Below are positions 26,936 through 35,794 of a stretch of DNA of 64,000 nt, piece by piece. The notes beneath the pieces were generated by a model. It was not told the origin of the DNA and searched no databases. It worked only from the letters and a program-made list of their open reading frames with translations. The translations under genes were made by a program, and so were the position numbers. Position 1 is the first letter of the stretch; each line of letters begins with the position of its first letter. This DNA is from Acinetobacter phage vB_AbaSI_3: the sequence record PQ382034.1, one strand, 5' to 3'.

Positions 26936-26970
26936 GATGTTCTACTCACTGTAGTATATTTGATAGGACC

Positions 26971-27000
26971 ATTATATCAATAGTCCTATCAAAAGTAAAC
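26971..27000 (-). promoter_or_regulatory. early promoter within a 33-bp palindrome (PeSL-like)
   Basis: Minus strand reads GTTTACttttgataggactattgaTATAATggtcctatcaa. The palindrome is TTGATAGGAC..GTCCTATCAA. Confidence 0.55.
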
Positions 27001-27002
27001 AG

Positions 27003-27485
27003 TTATTTTTGCAATTGTTTGTATTTTTGTGCCATAGCAAGAGAAATAAATTTAGCCGACATTTCTGCTATTTCCTGATTTGTCTTACCTGCTTCAGATA
27101 GTTTTTCGTAGTTTGAGATGATGACATGAATCAAACCATGATCTGTCATTGTAAAGTCTTTAAGGAACTTTAATGCTTTAGCGGTATTTGCAGCCTCAAT
27201 AATATCGAGAGATGCTTTATGCCACATGTCAATAGTTGACTCATCACATGATAAGATTTTAGCGCGATCTGCCTCAAATGAAATTCGAGGATTTACATCA
27301 CTGTAATTGTACAGGTTTACCATGACCAGGTTATCATCAGTTCGATGCTCCGTGAAGTCAAGATATGAGATATCAGAATGGCTAATGATTTTATAGATGT
27401 CATTAGATTCAAACATATCAAACAGAGTTTTAGCGATTTCATCTATCGCTGCTTTAGATTCTTTAAAGGTACTTAATACGTCCAT
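27003..27485 (-). CDS. hypothetical protein
   Basis: 160 aa. Confidence 0.45.
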   Translation of the reverse strand: MDVLSTFKESKAAIDEIAKTLFDMFESNDIYKIISHSDISYLDFTEHRTDDNLVMVNLYNYSDVNPRISFEADRAKILSCDESTIDMWHKASLDIIEAANTAKALKFLKDFTMTDHGLIHVIISNYEKLSEAGKTNQEIAEMSAKFISLAMAQKYKQLQK

Positions 27486-27850
27486 CAGATTACTCCGGCA
27501 ATCATTAGTTCATAAAGTTGATCGTCACTATAGTGGCTCCACATAGGACCAAGTGTGTTGTTTGTTTCGGCATTAATGTGCTCATACAGAACATCAAAGG
27601 TTTCGCTCAATTCAGCGATTTCATGTTCAAGCATAGAATTCGGCCTGAGTGACGTCGACCAGTCACAAAACGCTTGTCTGTATTGGGCTTGTAAAACTGC
27701 TGCAGCTTTACGTAATAATGCTGCACTTCTGGGTTTCCATGGATTATCGCCATAGAGTGACGATAATTCAGGTTCAAGGCGATTCATGTTATCTAGTAAC
27801 TCGCTTATGATACTATGGTGTCGTTCTGTGTCATGCATTTTGTACCTCAA
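27485..27850 (-). CDS. hypothetical protein
   Basis: 121 aa. Confidence 0.4.
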   Translation of the reverse strand: MRYKMHDTERHHSIISELLDNMNRLEPELSSLYGDNPWKPRSAALLRKAAAVLQAQYRQAFCDWSTSLRPNSMLEHEIAELSETFDVLYEHINAETNNTLGPMWSHYSDDQLYELMIAGVI

Positions 27851-28875
27851 ATTTTACAGAATTGTGTCATACGAACCTGAGCCATTAATCCTGACTCAGA
27901 GTTTTGTAAAATGTATTCTTGGATATCCGATGCTTTTGCACCTTCTTTTACAATCATGTCATTCACATCTTTAGATTGCCATGGAGCATTATCCCAGAAA
28001 CAAACACGTTCGCCAGCATCAATAAGTTTCTTCATACGTTTAATGGTATCGGGATGGCGGCATTCATTGTCGAGGACCCAAATACGTTTTTCTGGGTATG
28101 GCACTTGATCAAGACTCAATGAGCCGCCAGTAATGGCAAGAGCGTTTTCCAGAAATAAGCTATCAATAGGCCCTTCCATAACAAACACAAAATCTTTAGA
28201 TTCATCAATTGTGTCCTGTCCATACACCTTAGATGCATGTTCATGTGCCTTGATTGTCATGTATTTGATGTTTGAAGGCTTTAGTGCACGCCCTTGAATC
28301 GATTCGATTTCGCCTTTCTTATTGAAGATTGGTATCACCAATCGATATTCGGGTTTAGGTGTTTCAAATGTACCAGGTTTGATAGAATTACATAGATCTT
28401 GCCATTGAGCAGTGAACCATAAACGATTCCACTTTTCTTTTGGAATAGCGCGATCACTAACATATTTTACAATAGGGTGACTATCAGGCAATGTATCTAT
28501 TCTAGTAGAATAATTTAATTTTTCGATTACCTTAAATGTAGCGGTGAGTTTTTCTGATACTTCAACCTGTTTAGGGCGTTCAGTTGAATTACCATTCTCT
28601 TTAAAAATTTCCATCATATATTCACGATGTAGTTCTTCATCTTGGTCTTGTAAAAATTTATCGAATCTTGCGCTATAATCGCAGTTAAAGCAGTGGACCC
28701 AGGCAGCATTATTATGATGGTAATACCAAAATCGAGCTTTTGATGAATCCTTTTGGGAGTCACCGCATATCATACACGAACAGTTTATCTTTAGCGGCAT
28801 GCCAGGAATCAATTTGTAATTTCGTTCATATGATAATAAACGAATGGCATAATCGTTGTCGATCCAAGAGCTCAT
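27847..28875 (-). CDS. 61: DNA primase gp61
   Basis: Colinear with T4 gp61: WIDN..A.R, zinc ribbon C.C/C..C with KAR.WYY, HPI(V)KYV, WF..W, RLVIPI.N, GRALK, GPIDSLF.EN..AITGG, WVLDNE.RHPDTIKRM.KL.DAGERV.FWD..PW.SKDVNDMI.KEGA. Start moved to the ATG at 28875 (GAGAGGAA Shine-Dalgarno), giving 342 aa. Confidence 0.92.
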   Translation of the reverse strand: MSSWIDNDYAIRLLSYERNYKLIPGMPLKINCSCMICGDSQKDSSKARFWYYHHNNAAWVHCFNCDYSARFDKFLQDQDEELHREYMMEIFKENGNSTERPKQVEVSEKLTATFKVIEKLNYSTRIDTLPDSHPIVKYVSDRAIPKEKWNRLWFTAQWQDLCNSIKPGTFETPKPEYRLVIPIFNKKGEIESIQGRALKPSNIKYMTIKAHEHASKVYGQDTIDESKDFVFVMEGPIDSLFLENALAITGGSLSLDQVPYPEKRIWVLDNECRHPDTIKRMKKLIDAGERVCFWDNAPWQSKDVNDMIVKEGAKASDIQEYILQNSESGLMAQVRMTQFCKI

Positions 28876-28922
28876 AATATTCCTCTCATAAAACAAATGG
28901 AACCAATTGGTTCCATTATATA

Positions 28923-29399
28923 CTATTCCGCATAGTAAGTTTCTGCTAAACTCTTTCTCTTTTTGTTGATTGTTTGAGGACCTGCATTTACAACAGCTCC
29001 CGTAGTTGTACCTGAAGCAATATTTGTAGGATTACCTTCTGCATCTCCTGCAACCATATCTTCAAAAAGAGGACTAAGTTCAGATTCAATTAACTGTATC
29101 TCTGATTCAGTTAATCCAAATCGAGATCCAATTGCTGCTAATGAACTTGTCAATGTAGTCCAAGTAGTTGCGCCTGGAACTCTTGACAAATTGCGTTTAA
29201 GAGCTCGTACTGCACCGTGAAATGGCGTATATGAATTCTTTTCTTCATCAGTTTGAGGACGTTTAATTACGTTACCCTTTTCGTCAATAACACCTGTTTC
29301 AAAAGCTTTCCATTCTTTAAAATCCTTTTGGACCAGACGGATGAAACGTAGTGCGTAGGCACTATCGACAACTGTTTTTGCTGCACCTGCTATACTCAT
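28923..29399 (-). CDS. hypothetical protein
   Basis: 158 aa. Confidence 0.45.
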   Translation of the reverse strand: MSIAGAAKTVVDSAYALRFIRLVQKDFKEWKAFETGVIDEKGNVIKRPQTDEEKNSYTPFHGAVRALKRNLSRVPGATTWTTLTSSLAAIGSRFGLTESEIQLIESELSPLFEDMVAGDAEGNPTNIASGTTTGAVVNAGPQTINKKRKSLAETYYAE

Positions 29400-29421
29400 A
29401 TTAGTCTCCTTATTTCACTAT

Positions 29422-29769
29422 TTATGAGTTGTATGTTGCGTACTTTCGTTCTGCGGCTCTCCAAAACAGTTTGGCCTCTTCAACCGACTTCATGTTTTCT
29501 TCTGTGAAGCCTTGGAACTTTAGATCAGATCCTTTATGCCCAAAGAATCGCAAAAACATTATTGCACCAAACAGTGCATTTTCAATACATTCATGCTCAG
29601 TAAGTTTATGCCCATTTTTGTTAGTTTGAAAGCATTGGTATTCTAAGTTGTTGCCAAAAGGCTCGTCAACATCAAGGCGAGTAGCTCGTAAAAAGAACTG
29701 GACATTGCCAGAACTTTCTACTACACGTATGATTTTGACCACTACATTTTCGATTTTAGGTGTACTCAT
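29422..29769 (-). CDS. hypothetical protein
   Basis: 115 aa. Confidence 0.4.
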   Translation of the reverse strand: MSTPKIENVVVKIIRVVESSGNVQFFLRATRLDVDEPFGNNLEYQCFQTNKNGHKLTEHECIENALFGAIMFLRFFGHKGSDLKFQGFTEENMKSVEEAKLFWRAAERKYATYNS

Positions 29770-30194
29770 TTTCCGTAATTCTCAATCCAGTTAGTGACAT
29801 GCTCATAACGTTCTTCATCTGAAGCAAGATATTGAGCCCATAAGAATACATCTTTACGCCAGAGTTCCATGTAAAGCTCTGAGTCATCTTGATACTCGAC
29901 TACAGGCATAGTAGCGTCTTCATAAACAATAGGTTCATTACCAAATACACGAAATAACAGTTCTTGATCTATACAACGATTCTTTTTGTTGTAGAGCTGA
30001 TGGCCAATTGCATTTGCACGTGCTGTATGCCCTTGTTTGACTAGCCAATCTTTCCAGTCTTCCCAATCAACACAATCATGTAGATAATAATCCATGAAGC
30101 ATTCTTGGGCAAATGCTTCCCATTCGATGATTTTGAATGCGAGTTCGTTTACTTTATTACTCATCTTCGAGGCTCCGAGCGTATGCTTTAGCAA
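29766..30194 (-). CDS. hypothetical protein
   Basis: 142 aa, Trp-rich. Confidence 0.45.
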   Translation of the reverse strand: MLKHTLGASKMSNKVNELAFKIIEWEAFAQECFMDYYLHDCVDWEDWKDWLVKQGHTARANAIGHQLYNKKNRCIDQELLFRVFGNEPIVYEDATMPVVEYQDDSELYMELWRKDVFLWAQYLASDEERYEHVTNWIENYGK

Positions 30195-30531
30195 CAGTTT
30201 CGATTTTTTCGAGTTGAGTAATTATATACTCAATAAACTCTAAACGCCGTGGATTTGTCCACACTAGGCGATATGATGAATTATATTCTTGTTTGCCTGC
30301 GATAGGATATGCTATGTTACCTTCATAGATTAAGGGCCATGATTTAATAATGCTAATGATGTCAATATTAATATGTGGTAATGCATCTAAATATGCTACA
30401 TTACACACACCCGAAATTGTAATGCTTGTGCCAAATCGTGATTTGAGAGCAACAAGGTCTCCAAAATGATCTTTCATGTAATGAAGACGTTGAATAGTCT
30501 CTTGTAAAATTGCTAATTGATCAGGTTTCAT
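30157..30531 (-). CDS. hypothetical protein
   Basis: 124 aa. Confidence 0.4.
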   Translation of the reverse strand: MKPDQLAILQETIQRLHYMKDHFGDLVALKSRFGTSITISGVCNVAYLDALPHINIDIISIIKSWPLIYEGNIAYPIAGKQEYNSSYRLVWTNPRRLEFIEYIITQLEKIETVAKAYARSLEDE

Positions 30532-31037
30532 CCTAATGGCTCCAATGTACCAGTTTCAGCAAACTTCTTACATTCCGCTAAAGCGAATTCAAGAAACTTC
30601 CAACGTTTCTCATTAAGCCAGAATGTTGGATAGAATTCACCTTCACTATCAAAACATTCTTCGTCAAATTCATCGCCTGTATTTACCGGAAACTGTGACC
30701 ACAACGATTCACTTTCACCTGTAGGATTTGCCATAGCATATTTAATGCAAATATAGCTTTTAAACGTTGACGGGCAGTTATATGGCACTGGATCAATTTC
30801 TACGCCATAATCAATCGTTCTGATGTATGACAATAGCCCAAAGAAGTTACCACACGTAGCGCGTAATGTAGTAAAAATTGTTTCATGAGGATGATTCGTT
30901 GTATTGTGGAACATCGTAAATTCATACTTCTTTAAAACACGCAACGCATCGATAATTTCAGTTTTACGTTCGAGCGCATGTGTAATGTTCTCAATAGTTT
31001 GAGTCAAATATGTTTTGTGTTCATCAGTTAAGCTCAT
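30528..31037 (-). CDS. hypothetical protein
   Basis: 169 aa. Confidence 0.45.
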   Translation of the reverse strand: MSLTDEHKTYLTQTIENITHALERKTEIIDALRVLKKYEFTMFHNTTNHPHETIFTTLRATCGNFFGLLSYIRTIDYGVEIDPVPYNCPSTFKSYICIKYAMANPTGESESLWSQFPVNTGDEFDEECFDSEGEFYPTFWLNEKRWKFLEFALAECKKFAETGTLEPLG

Positions 31038-31191
31038 AATGATATACTCATTGGATTACAGTGCTATTATACTATAAGCTGCCTACAAAGTAAACAGCTT
31101 ATTTATCAAAAGTTAGAATAATTACACGTTTTACAAATTTGATGGTGTTCATGCCATTTGCTGCCAAAAATGCGATCGATAAATTTTTCAT

Positions 31192-31506
31192 TTAAATTTC
31201 CTCAACGAATGCCCATGATGCATGCCATACTGTAGCACCTTTAGTATCGTTCATACATACTGCATCTTCTGGCATTACTACTCGGTATAAAACTGGTTCT
31301 CCACCAATCGATTTCGAAGCTCTGCCTGCGTATACTTTTGCTAAGCCGATATCTTCTGTAAAGAAAACTCGATTTAGATTTTTGTTTCTGCCTTTTTCTG
31401 AAAGGATCCCAGAAACATTAGGCGGAATTAACATGTGCTTGATACCTGCTGCAGTACAACTTCCATGATAGAAAACTTTTTGTACTTCAGGAAACAGATT
31501 AACCAT
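31192..31506 (-). CDS. small ADP-ribosyltransferase-fold protein (H-Y-E clade / Tpt1-KptA NAD-binding-lobe-like)
   Basis: 104 aa. VFYHGS then a Gly-rich helix, like the PARP 'HGS' block and the Tpt1 'LYHGT' block. VFFTEDIGLAKVYAGRASKSIGGEPVLYRV parallels KptA [28 protein letters not shown]. The assignment is tentative. Confidence 0.4.
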   Translation of the reverse strand: MVNLFPEVQKVFYHGSCTAAGIKHMLIPPNVSGILSEKGRNKNLNRVFFTEDIGLAKVYAGRASKSIGGEPVLYRVVMPEDAVCMNDTKGATVWHASWAFVEEI

Positions 31507-31580
31507 GTTAGTTCCGATAAGTTATTTGATAGAGCTATTATACCACAAAAGGGAACCAGTGTAAACTGATTCCCTTAACT

Positions 31581-31736
31581 TTAAACTAAATTAAAGTGAC
31601 GAACGAGATGTTCAATAACAATGTACCATGATACTGGCGGAATAAAGATCGACGCAGCGGTCCACCAAAACCCTTTAGCTAAAACAATACCAGTGATGTA
31701 CACTGCAAATGCAACAAGGCCAACTAATGCTCTCAT
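31581..31736 (-). CDS. small membrane protein (51 aa)
   Basis: The track ORF 31581-31898 overlaps the upstream gene in another frame. The internal ATG at 31736 has a GAGGT Shine-Dalgarno and lies 8 nt past the upstream stop. Two predicted TM helices. Confidence 0.3.
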   Translation of the reverse strand: MRALVGLVAFAVYITGIVLAKGFWWTAASIFIPPVSWYIVIEHLVRHFNLV

Positions 31737-31743
31737 AATTACC

Positions 31744-32697
31744 TCAGGCAGGTTTGTATGGTAAAATTTTACCAGATTGTAAAGCGAATTTAAATTTATC
31801 CACGTATGATGAATCATACATACGTACAACAATGTGATAGTTCTCCCAAGCAAATTCTCTGAACCATCCACTTGTGATAGAGGTGCAGACCTTTTCAAGG
31901 GCTATCAAAAATGACTCTTTAGGGTCAACTTTAAAATTTGTTGGAATTTGTGAACGTTCTAATGCCAGGACGTAAGTTTCTTCGAGAACACCCAGCAATT
32001 GTGTTGTCAAATCCTGTTTAAAGAATAGATCTCGAGAACAATTTACTTCAGCATCGCCATCCATGTAAAATGTATACGCAGGGCGTTCAAGGAGTTTTAC
32101 TGCTTCATGTATAGAATCATGATCATAGATGTAATCAAAATTTGATGTAAAGAATTCATCTTTACGGACATTAAGCATAGGGTGCCCATAATCATATGTC
32201 TCTTTAGCACGTCGTTGTAACCATGCTGGATCATGAGGAATTGCACCAATTGCTGGGCTTCGCAAATTCCGAATTGTGTTCATAGTCTTCAAGAAATGTG
32301 GTGAATTCTTGAGAAAGCGATGAGACAATTTAAGTGAGTACAACATATTTATTGTTGCAATAGTACATGGAATTGAGCCGACGTTAACACTATCACGAAT
32401 AGTCCAAGAACTTTCTACCAGTTCATACGTGGTGCAATTTTTAGACATCGGATACGTGACTTCAAAGATTTGCCCGTTGATTCGATAGGCGCGAGTGTGA
32501 GTATTGAACTTCTTCGATTTTGCATCAAATATTAATTCGGCCAACTCTGCATTGTGTTTAAGAGTTTCAATGACTTCATTTGCATGCTTTTCATCAATGC
32601 AAATCATATCAATGTCTTTAGGTTTTAAGTTGTTAGGAATTTTCATGCGCTCTAAATGTTGAGCTAAAGCATACGAACCAATAATCAATGGTCTCAT
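31744..32697 (-). CDS. nucleotidyltransferase-fold protein (minimal Pol-beta-like NTase motif, GS...DxD)
   Basis: 317 aa. N-terminal IIGSYAL...(20)...KDIDMIC resembles the hG[GS]...[DE]h[DE]h NTase core. The C-terminal region is helical with an R-x6-H motif. Family not resolved. Confidence 0.45.
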   Translation of the reverse strand: MRPLIIGSYALAQHLERMKIPNNLKPKDIDMICIDEKHANEVIETLKHNAELAELIFDAKSKKFNTHTRAYRINGQIFEVTYPMSKNCTTYELVESSWTIRDSVNVGSIPCTIATINMLYSLKLSHRFLKNSPHFLKTMNTIRNLRSPAIGAIPHDPAWLQRRAKETYDYGHPMLNVRKDEFFTSNFDYIYDHDSIHEAVKLLERPAYTFYMDGDAEVNCSRDLFFKQDLTTQLLGVLEETYVLALERSQIPTNFKVDPKESFLIALEKVCTSITSGWFREFAWENYHIVVRMYDSSYVDKFKFALQSGKILPYKPA

Positions 32698-32928
32698 TTC
32701 ATACCTCTACTATTTACAGCGTGTTTGATTTCTAATTGCATTTGATTAAAAATGAATGACAGCTGGATATCAGCTTTAGATGCATTAGGATCATCACGAA
32801 CAGATTTGACAACCTGCTTGAGGGCTTTACGAGCCTTAATTATCAATTCAATATCTTTATCTTTCATAACAATTTACTCTTTAAGGTAATAGAGCTATTA
32901 TATCAAAACAAACAGCTCTATGTAAATA

Positions 32929-33249
32929 TCACGAATAATATTTTTTGCATGCAGTATAAATGCGATCAAGCCATTTCTCTTCAGTCATTTCGCCTTCATC
33001 GAACATCGTCGGATCATAGCCATAATTGAGATATCGAACCCAAGCCATCATTGGGATTTGATTATCGATTACTTCGTAGATATTACGACAATACTCGTCA
33101 AAATAGTAATACAACTGTTTCGCTTCAAGCTGAAATGCTATGCTTTTGAAGTTGCCATTGTACTTTCGATAAAGCATTGTAAACACAGTGTTAGCGAATT
33201 CTGCACGTGGATCTGTAGGTTTGTCATAAAAATCATAATACATCAACAA
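32929..33249 (-). CDS. hypothetical protein
   Basis: 106 aa, Tyr-rich. Confidence 0.4.
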   Translation of the reverse strand: MLMYYDFYDKPTDPRAEFANTVFTMLYRKYNGNFKSIAFQLEAKQLYYYFDEYCRNIYEVIDNQIPMMAWVRYLNYGYDPTMFDEGEMTEEKWLDRIYTACKKYYS

Positions 33250-33482
33250 GACTCCGAGCTATTATACCATGTGATTTCAGTTGTGCCATGACTTTGAGTG
33301 ATGTCAAAATTCATGAAGTGTAACTCATGTTCTTCGATAATTTCGCCTACATGTTCAGCTAGTGTACGAACAGTGGCAAGAATTTCTTTTACACGAATTT
33401 CTGCAGTGAGCCGAGCTAAACGTTTAGCCTCTTTTTCATCTTCACGACGTTGCTTGACAACTAATGCGCCTTGTTTACTCAT
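33243..33482 (-). CDS. hypothetical protein
   Basis: 79 aa. Confidence 0.35.
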   Translation of the reverse strand: MSKQGALVVKQRREDEKEAKRLARLTAEIRVKEILATVRTLAEHVGEIIEEHELHFMNFDITQSHGTTEITWYNSSESC

Positions 33483-33734
33483 TTAACTCTCCGAATTCGA
33501 CCAATTGCTGTTATGCCACACTTGTTCAATGACGCCATATCCATTGTTAGATGTAATAGAGAAATCTAAACGTTCTTCAATTGAAACTCGTTCGGCTTCA
33601 TCTAATAAGTCTTGAATGCTGTTGACAAGTTCTTGTAAATATTGCTTACTTTTGCTCATAATGGCACCTTTAACATGTTTCCGATGATGGCGACCATGAA
33701 GAAGTCGAACCGTAATAGCGACCACCCATGCCAT
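33483..33734 (-). CDS. hypothetical protein
   Basis: 83 aa. Confidence 0.35.
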   Translation of the reverse strand: MAWVVAITVRLLHGRHHRKHVKGAIMSKSKQYLQELVNSIQDLLDEAERVSIEERLDFSITSNNGYGVIEQVWHNSNWSNSES

Positions 33735-33861
33735 ATGCGGGTTGAATATAAAAATTTAACTCATGCTTGTCAGCAAAAGCCTCGGCTTCATGAATAGCAG
33801 CATAGATTTTCTTACGCAATGCTTCCATATGTTCATCGATTTGGTCTTCAGACGTTCCCAT
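33670..33861 (-). CDS. hypothetical protein
   Basis: 63 aa, overlaps the downstream ORF. The start is uncertain. Confidence 0.3.
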   Translation of the reverse strand: MGTSEDQIDEHMEALRKKIYAAIHEAEAFADKHELNFYIQPAYGMGGRYYGSTSSWSPSSETC

Positions 33862-33888
33862 GTGTTTATCCTTAAAAGGTAATAGGAC

Positions 33889-33919
33889 TATTATAACATA
33901 GTCCTATGATGCTGTAAAC
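33889..33919 (-). promoter_or_regulatory. early promoter within a palindrome (PeSL-like)
   Basis: Minus strand reads GTTTACAgcatcataggactatgtTATAATagtcctat. The palindrome is ATAGGACTA..TAGTCCTAT. Confidence 0.55.
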
Positions 33920-33923
33920 CACT

Positions 33924-35420
33924 TTAGAAATTTAATTGTGCTGCAAGATCTTCAAGTTCAGATCGTGATGCTGCAGAAATTCGATGTACTTTTTCTAGTT
34001 CTTCACGATTAGACAATTTGATTGACTCTTCTGTGATAGGAATATTCTCCTTTGCATCAACACATGCTTTAATAATGATGTCATCAGTCATCATTTCGCC
34101 AGGAATAACTGGTGCACTTGGACCATCCGCTTCATACCAACGCTGATTACCTTTCTTAACACATAACGTGAATTTGTTATTGATTGACTTGTCGCCATAA
34201 CGAGATTTAATTTGTTTCATTAGCTGAACACCTTGTGCTGCAAGCTCTTCAGTTTCAATTGCAGCTAAAATGAAGTCAGCAGTATGGCTCAAGCCTGCAG
34301 ATTCTGCAATATCGCTCATGGTAATATCGGAGTTATCCCAACCGCCACGAGTTGTTTGAGCAGCAGTCCAAATTGGGACTCCTTCTTCAACCGCTAATGC
34401 ACGTAGTTCTTCAGCGATTGCTTTAACGAGTGTATATGAATTTTCGCTAAACACCTTAATTCGAGATGATGCACAAATACCCAAGTAATCGACAACAATA
34501 ACATCTGGCTTAAATCCTTTCTTGAGTTTGAGTTCATTCAATAACGCTTTAAATGTTAATGCATGCGCACCACCAATAGGATATTGTTTGATGTACAATT
34601 GTCCTAAAACATTTGCTCGTCTCCAACGTTCCATACGAGCTTTATATTCAGGGTAACTAACATGTCCATCATCTAAGTCATCCATTGAGATATCTAGCAA
34701 ATTTGCATCAATACGTTTTGCAACAACTTCTTCTGCCATCTCCATTGAGATATAAAGAACATTTTTACCAGATTGCAAATAGTCGGCAGTTAATGAACAT
34801 AGCCCTAAAGATTTACCAACATTGACACCTGCTAAAATGATGTTAAGTGTTCCAATTTCTACACCGCCTTTAGTGATTTTTCCAAGTATAGAAAGTTTGA
34901 ATGGAATCTTACGTGCTTTGTTCTGATATGATAACCAACGAGATTCATAGTCATCCATCCAGTTATGCCCAATAGATGAATCAAAGCATACTGCTAATGC
35001 CTCTTTCATGATATCTGGGATTGCACCTACATCAGGCAATCGTTTATCTCGTTGGTTTATGGGTTTATCAGCATTGTTCTGAATTTGAACAATTTTTACA
35101 GTGGCATTATATATCGCACGTTTTTTGATAAACGCTTCTGTTTCTGGTACTAACCAATCAATAGATTCCTTTTCAGTTTTAAGATTGTTTAATAAAGTAG
35201 TTGTGCCGTTGAAGTCTACTTCGTTTAAACTTGAATTGTTGACAACCAAGTCTAATGCTACTTTTGATGGAACTCCATGGTATGCATCTACATGCTTCTT
35301 AATAGAGTTATAGAGAATTCTTGCTGGTCCTTTGTCAAAATATTCCTCTTTGAGATATGGCCATACTTTGCCAAAATACTCTTGATTCGAGATCAATTGT
35401 CCTAAAATAATATCAATCAT
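33924..35420 (-). CDS. 41: replicative DNA helicase gp41 (DnaB-like)
   Basis: 498 aa. Colinear with T4 gp41 from the N-terminus (IILS.LI.DQ.YF.KVWPY...EYF) through the Walker A (GVNVGKSLGLCSL) and C-terminal RecA-fold blocks. Confidence 0.95.
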   Translation of the reverse strand: MIDIILGQLISNQEYFGKVWPYLKEEYFDKGPARILYNSIKKHVDAYHGVPSKVALDLVVNNSSLNEVDFNGTTTLLNNLKTEKESIDWLVPETEAFIKKRAIYNATVKIVQIQNNADKPINQRDKRLPDVGAIPDIMKEALAVCFDSSIGHNWMDDYESRWLSYQNKARKIPFKLSILGKITKGGVEIGTLNIILAGVNVGKSLGLCSLTADYLQSGKNVLYISMEMAEEVVAKRIDANLLDISMDDLDDGHVSYPEYKARMERWRRANVLGQLYIKQYPIGGAHALTFKALLNELKLKKGFKPDVIVVDYLGICASSRIKVFSENSYTLVKAIAEELRALAVEEGVPIWTAAQTTRGGWDNSDITMSDIAESAGLSHTADFILAAIETEELAAQGVQLMKQIKSRYGDKSINNKFTLCVKKGNQRWYEADGPSAPVIPGEMMTDDIIIKACVDAKENIPITEESIKLSNREELEKVHRISAASRSELEDLAAQLNF

Positions 35421-35470
35421 GTGAACACCTTAATTAACTAAATCAATTATATCATCATCTCATAGAAGCA

Positions 35471-35490
35471 ATAGGCCCGAAGGCCTATTT
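35471..35490 (-). terminator. terminator hairpin
   Basis: AATAGGCC-CGAAG-GCCTATTT. A UUCG loop forms on the minus strand. Confidence 0.5.
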
Positions 35491-35791
35491 AAAAACTGAA
35501 CGGTTTCTTACGTTTAGAGAAGTTCACAATCATTTCTTTTAGAATATATTCGATATGTGGAATCAACTCTGCCTTACGATCTTCACTTGGAGTACTGAAG
35601 CCATATGTTACTCCATTGCCAGAAATTTGGAATTCTGTAATGTAAACAATATGATCTGTACCATCTTCAAGCTTAATTAGGAGTTCATGTTTTACATCTT
35701 TCATTGCATCCTTAATAATACTTAAAGACTTTTCATATAAAGCGCCTGATGGGCCTTTATCATCTTCTTGAATTGCTTCAACTTGTTCCAT
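35489..35791 (-). CDS. hypothetical protein at the gene 40 position
   Basis: 100 aa between gene 41 and the glycosyltransferases. Not recognised by sequence. Confidence 0.4.
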   Translation of the reverse strand: MEQVEAIQEDDKGPSGALYEKSLSIIKDAMKDVKHELLIKLEDGTDHIVYITEFQISGNGVTYGFSTPSEDRKAELIPHIEYILKEMIVNFSKRKKPFSF

Positions 35792-35794
35792 ATG

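Noticed and set aside
31737-31898. N-terminal 54 codons of track ORF 31581-31898
   Set aside because: They overlap the 3' end of the NTase-fold gene in a different frame. An internal ATG with a Shine-Dalgarno sits just past that gene's stop, so the ORF was trimmed to 31581-31736.
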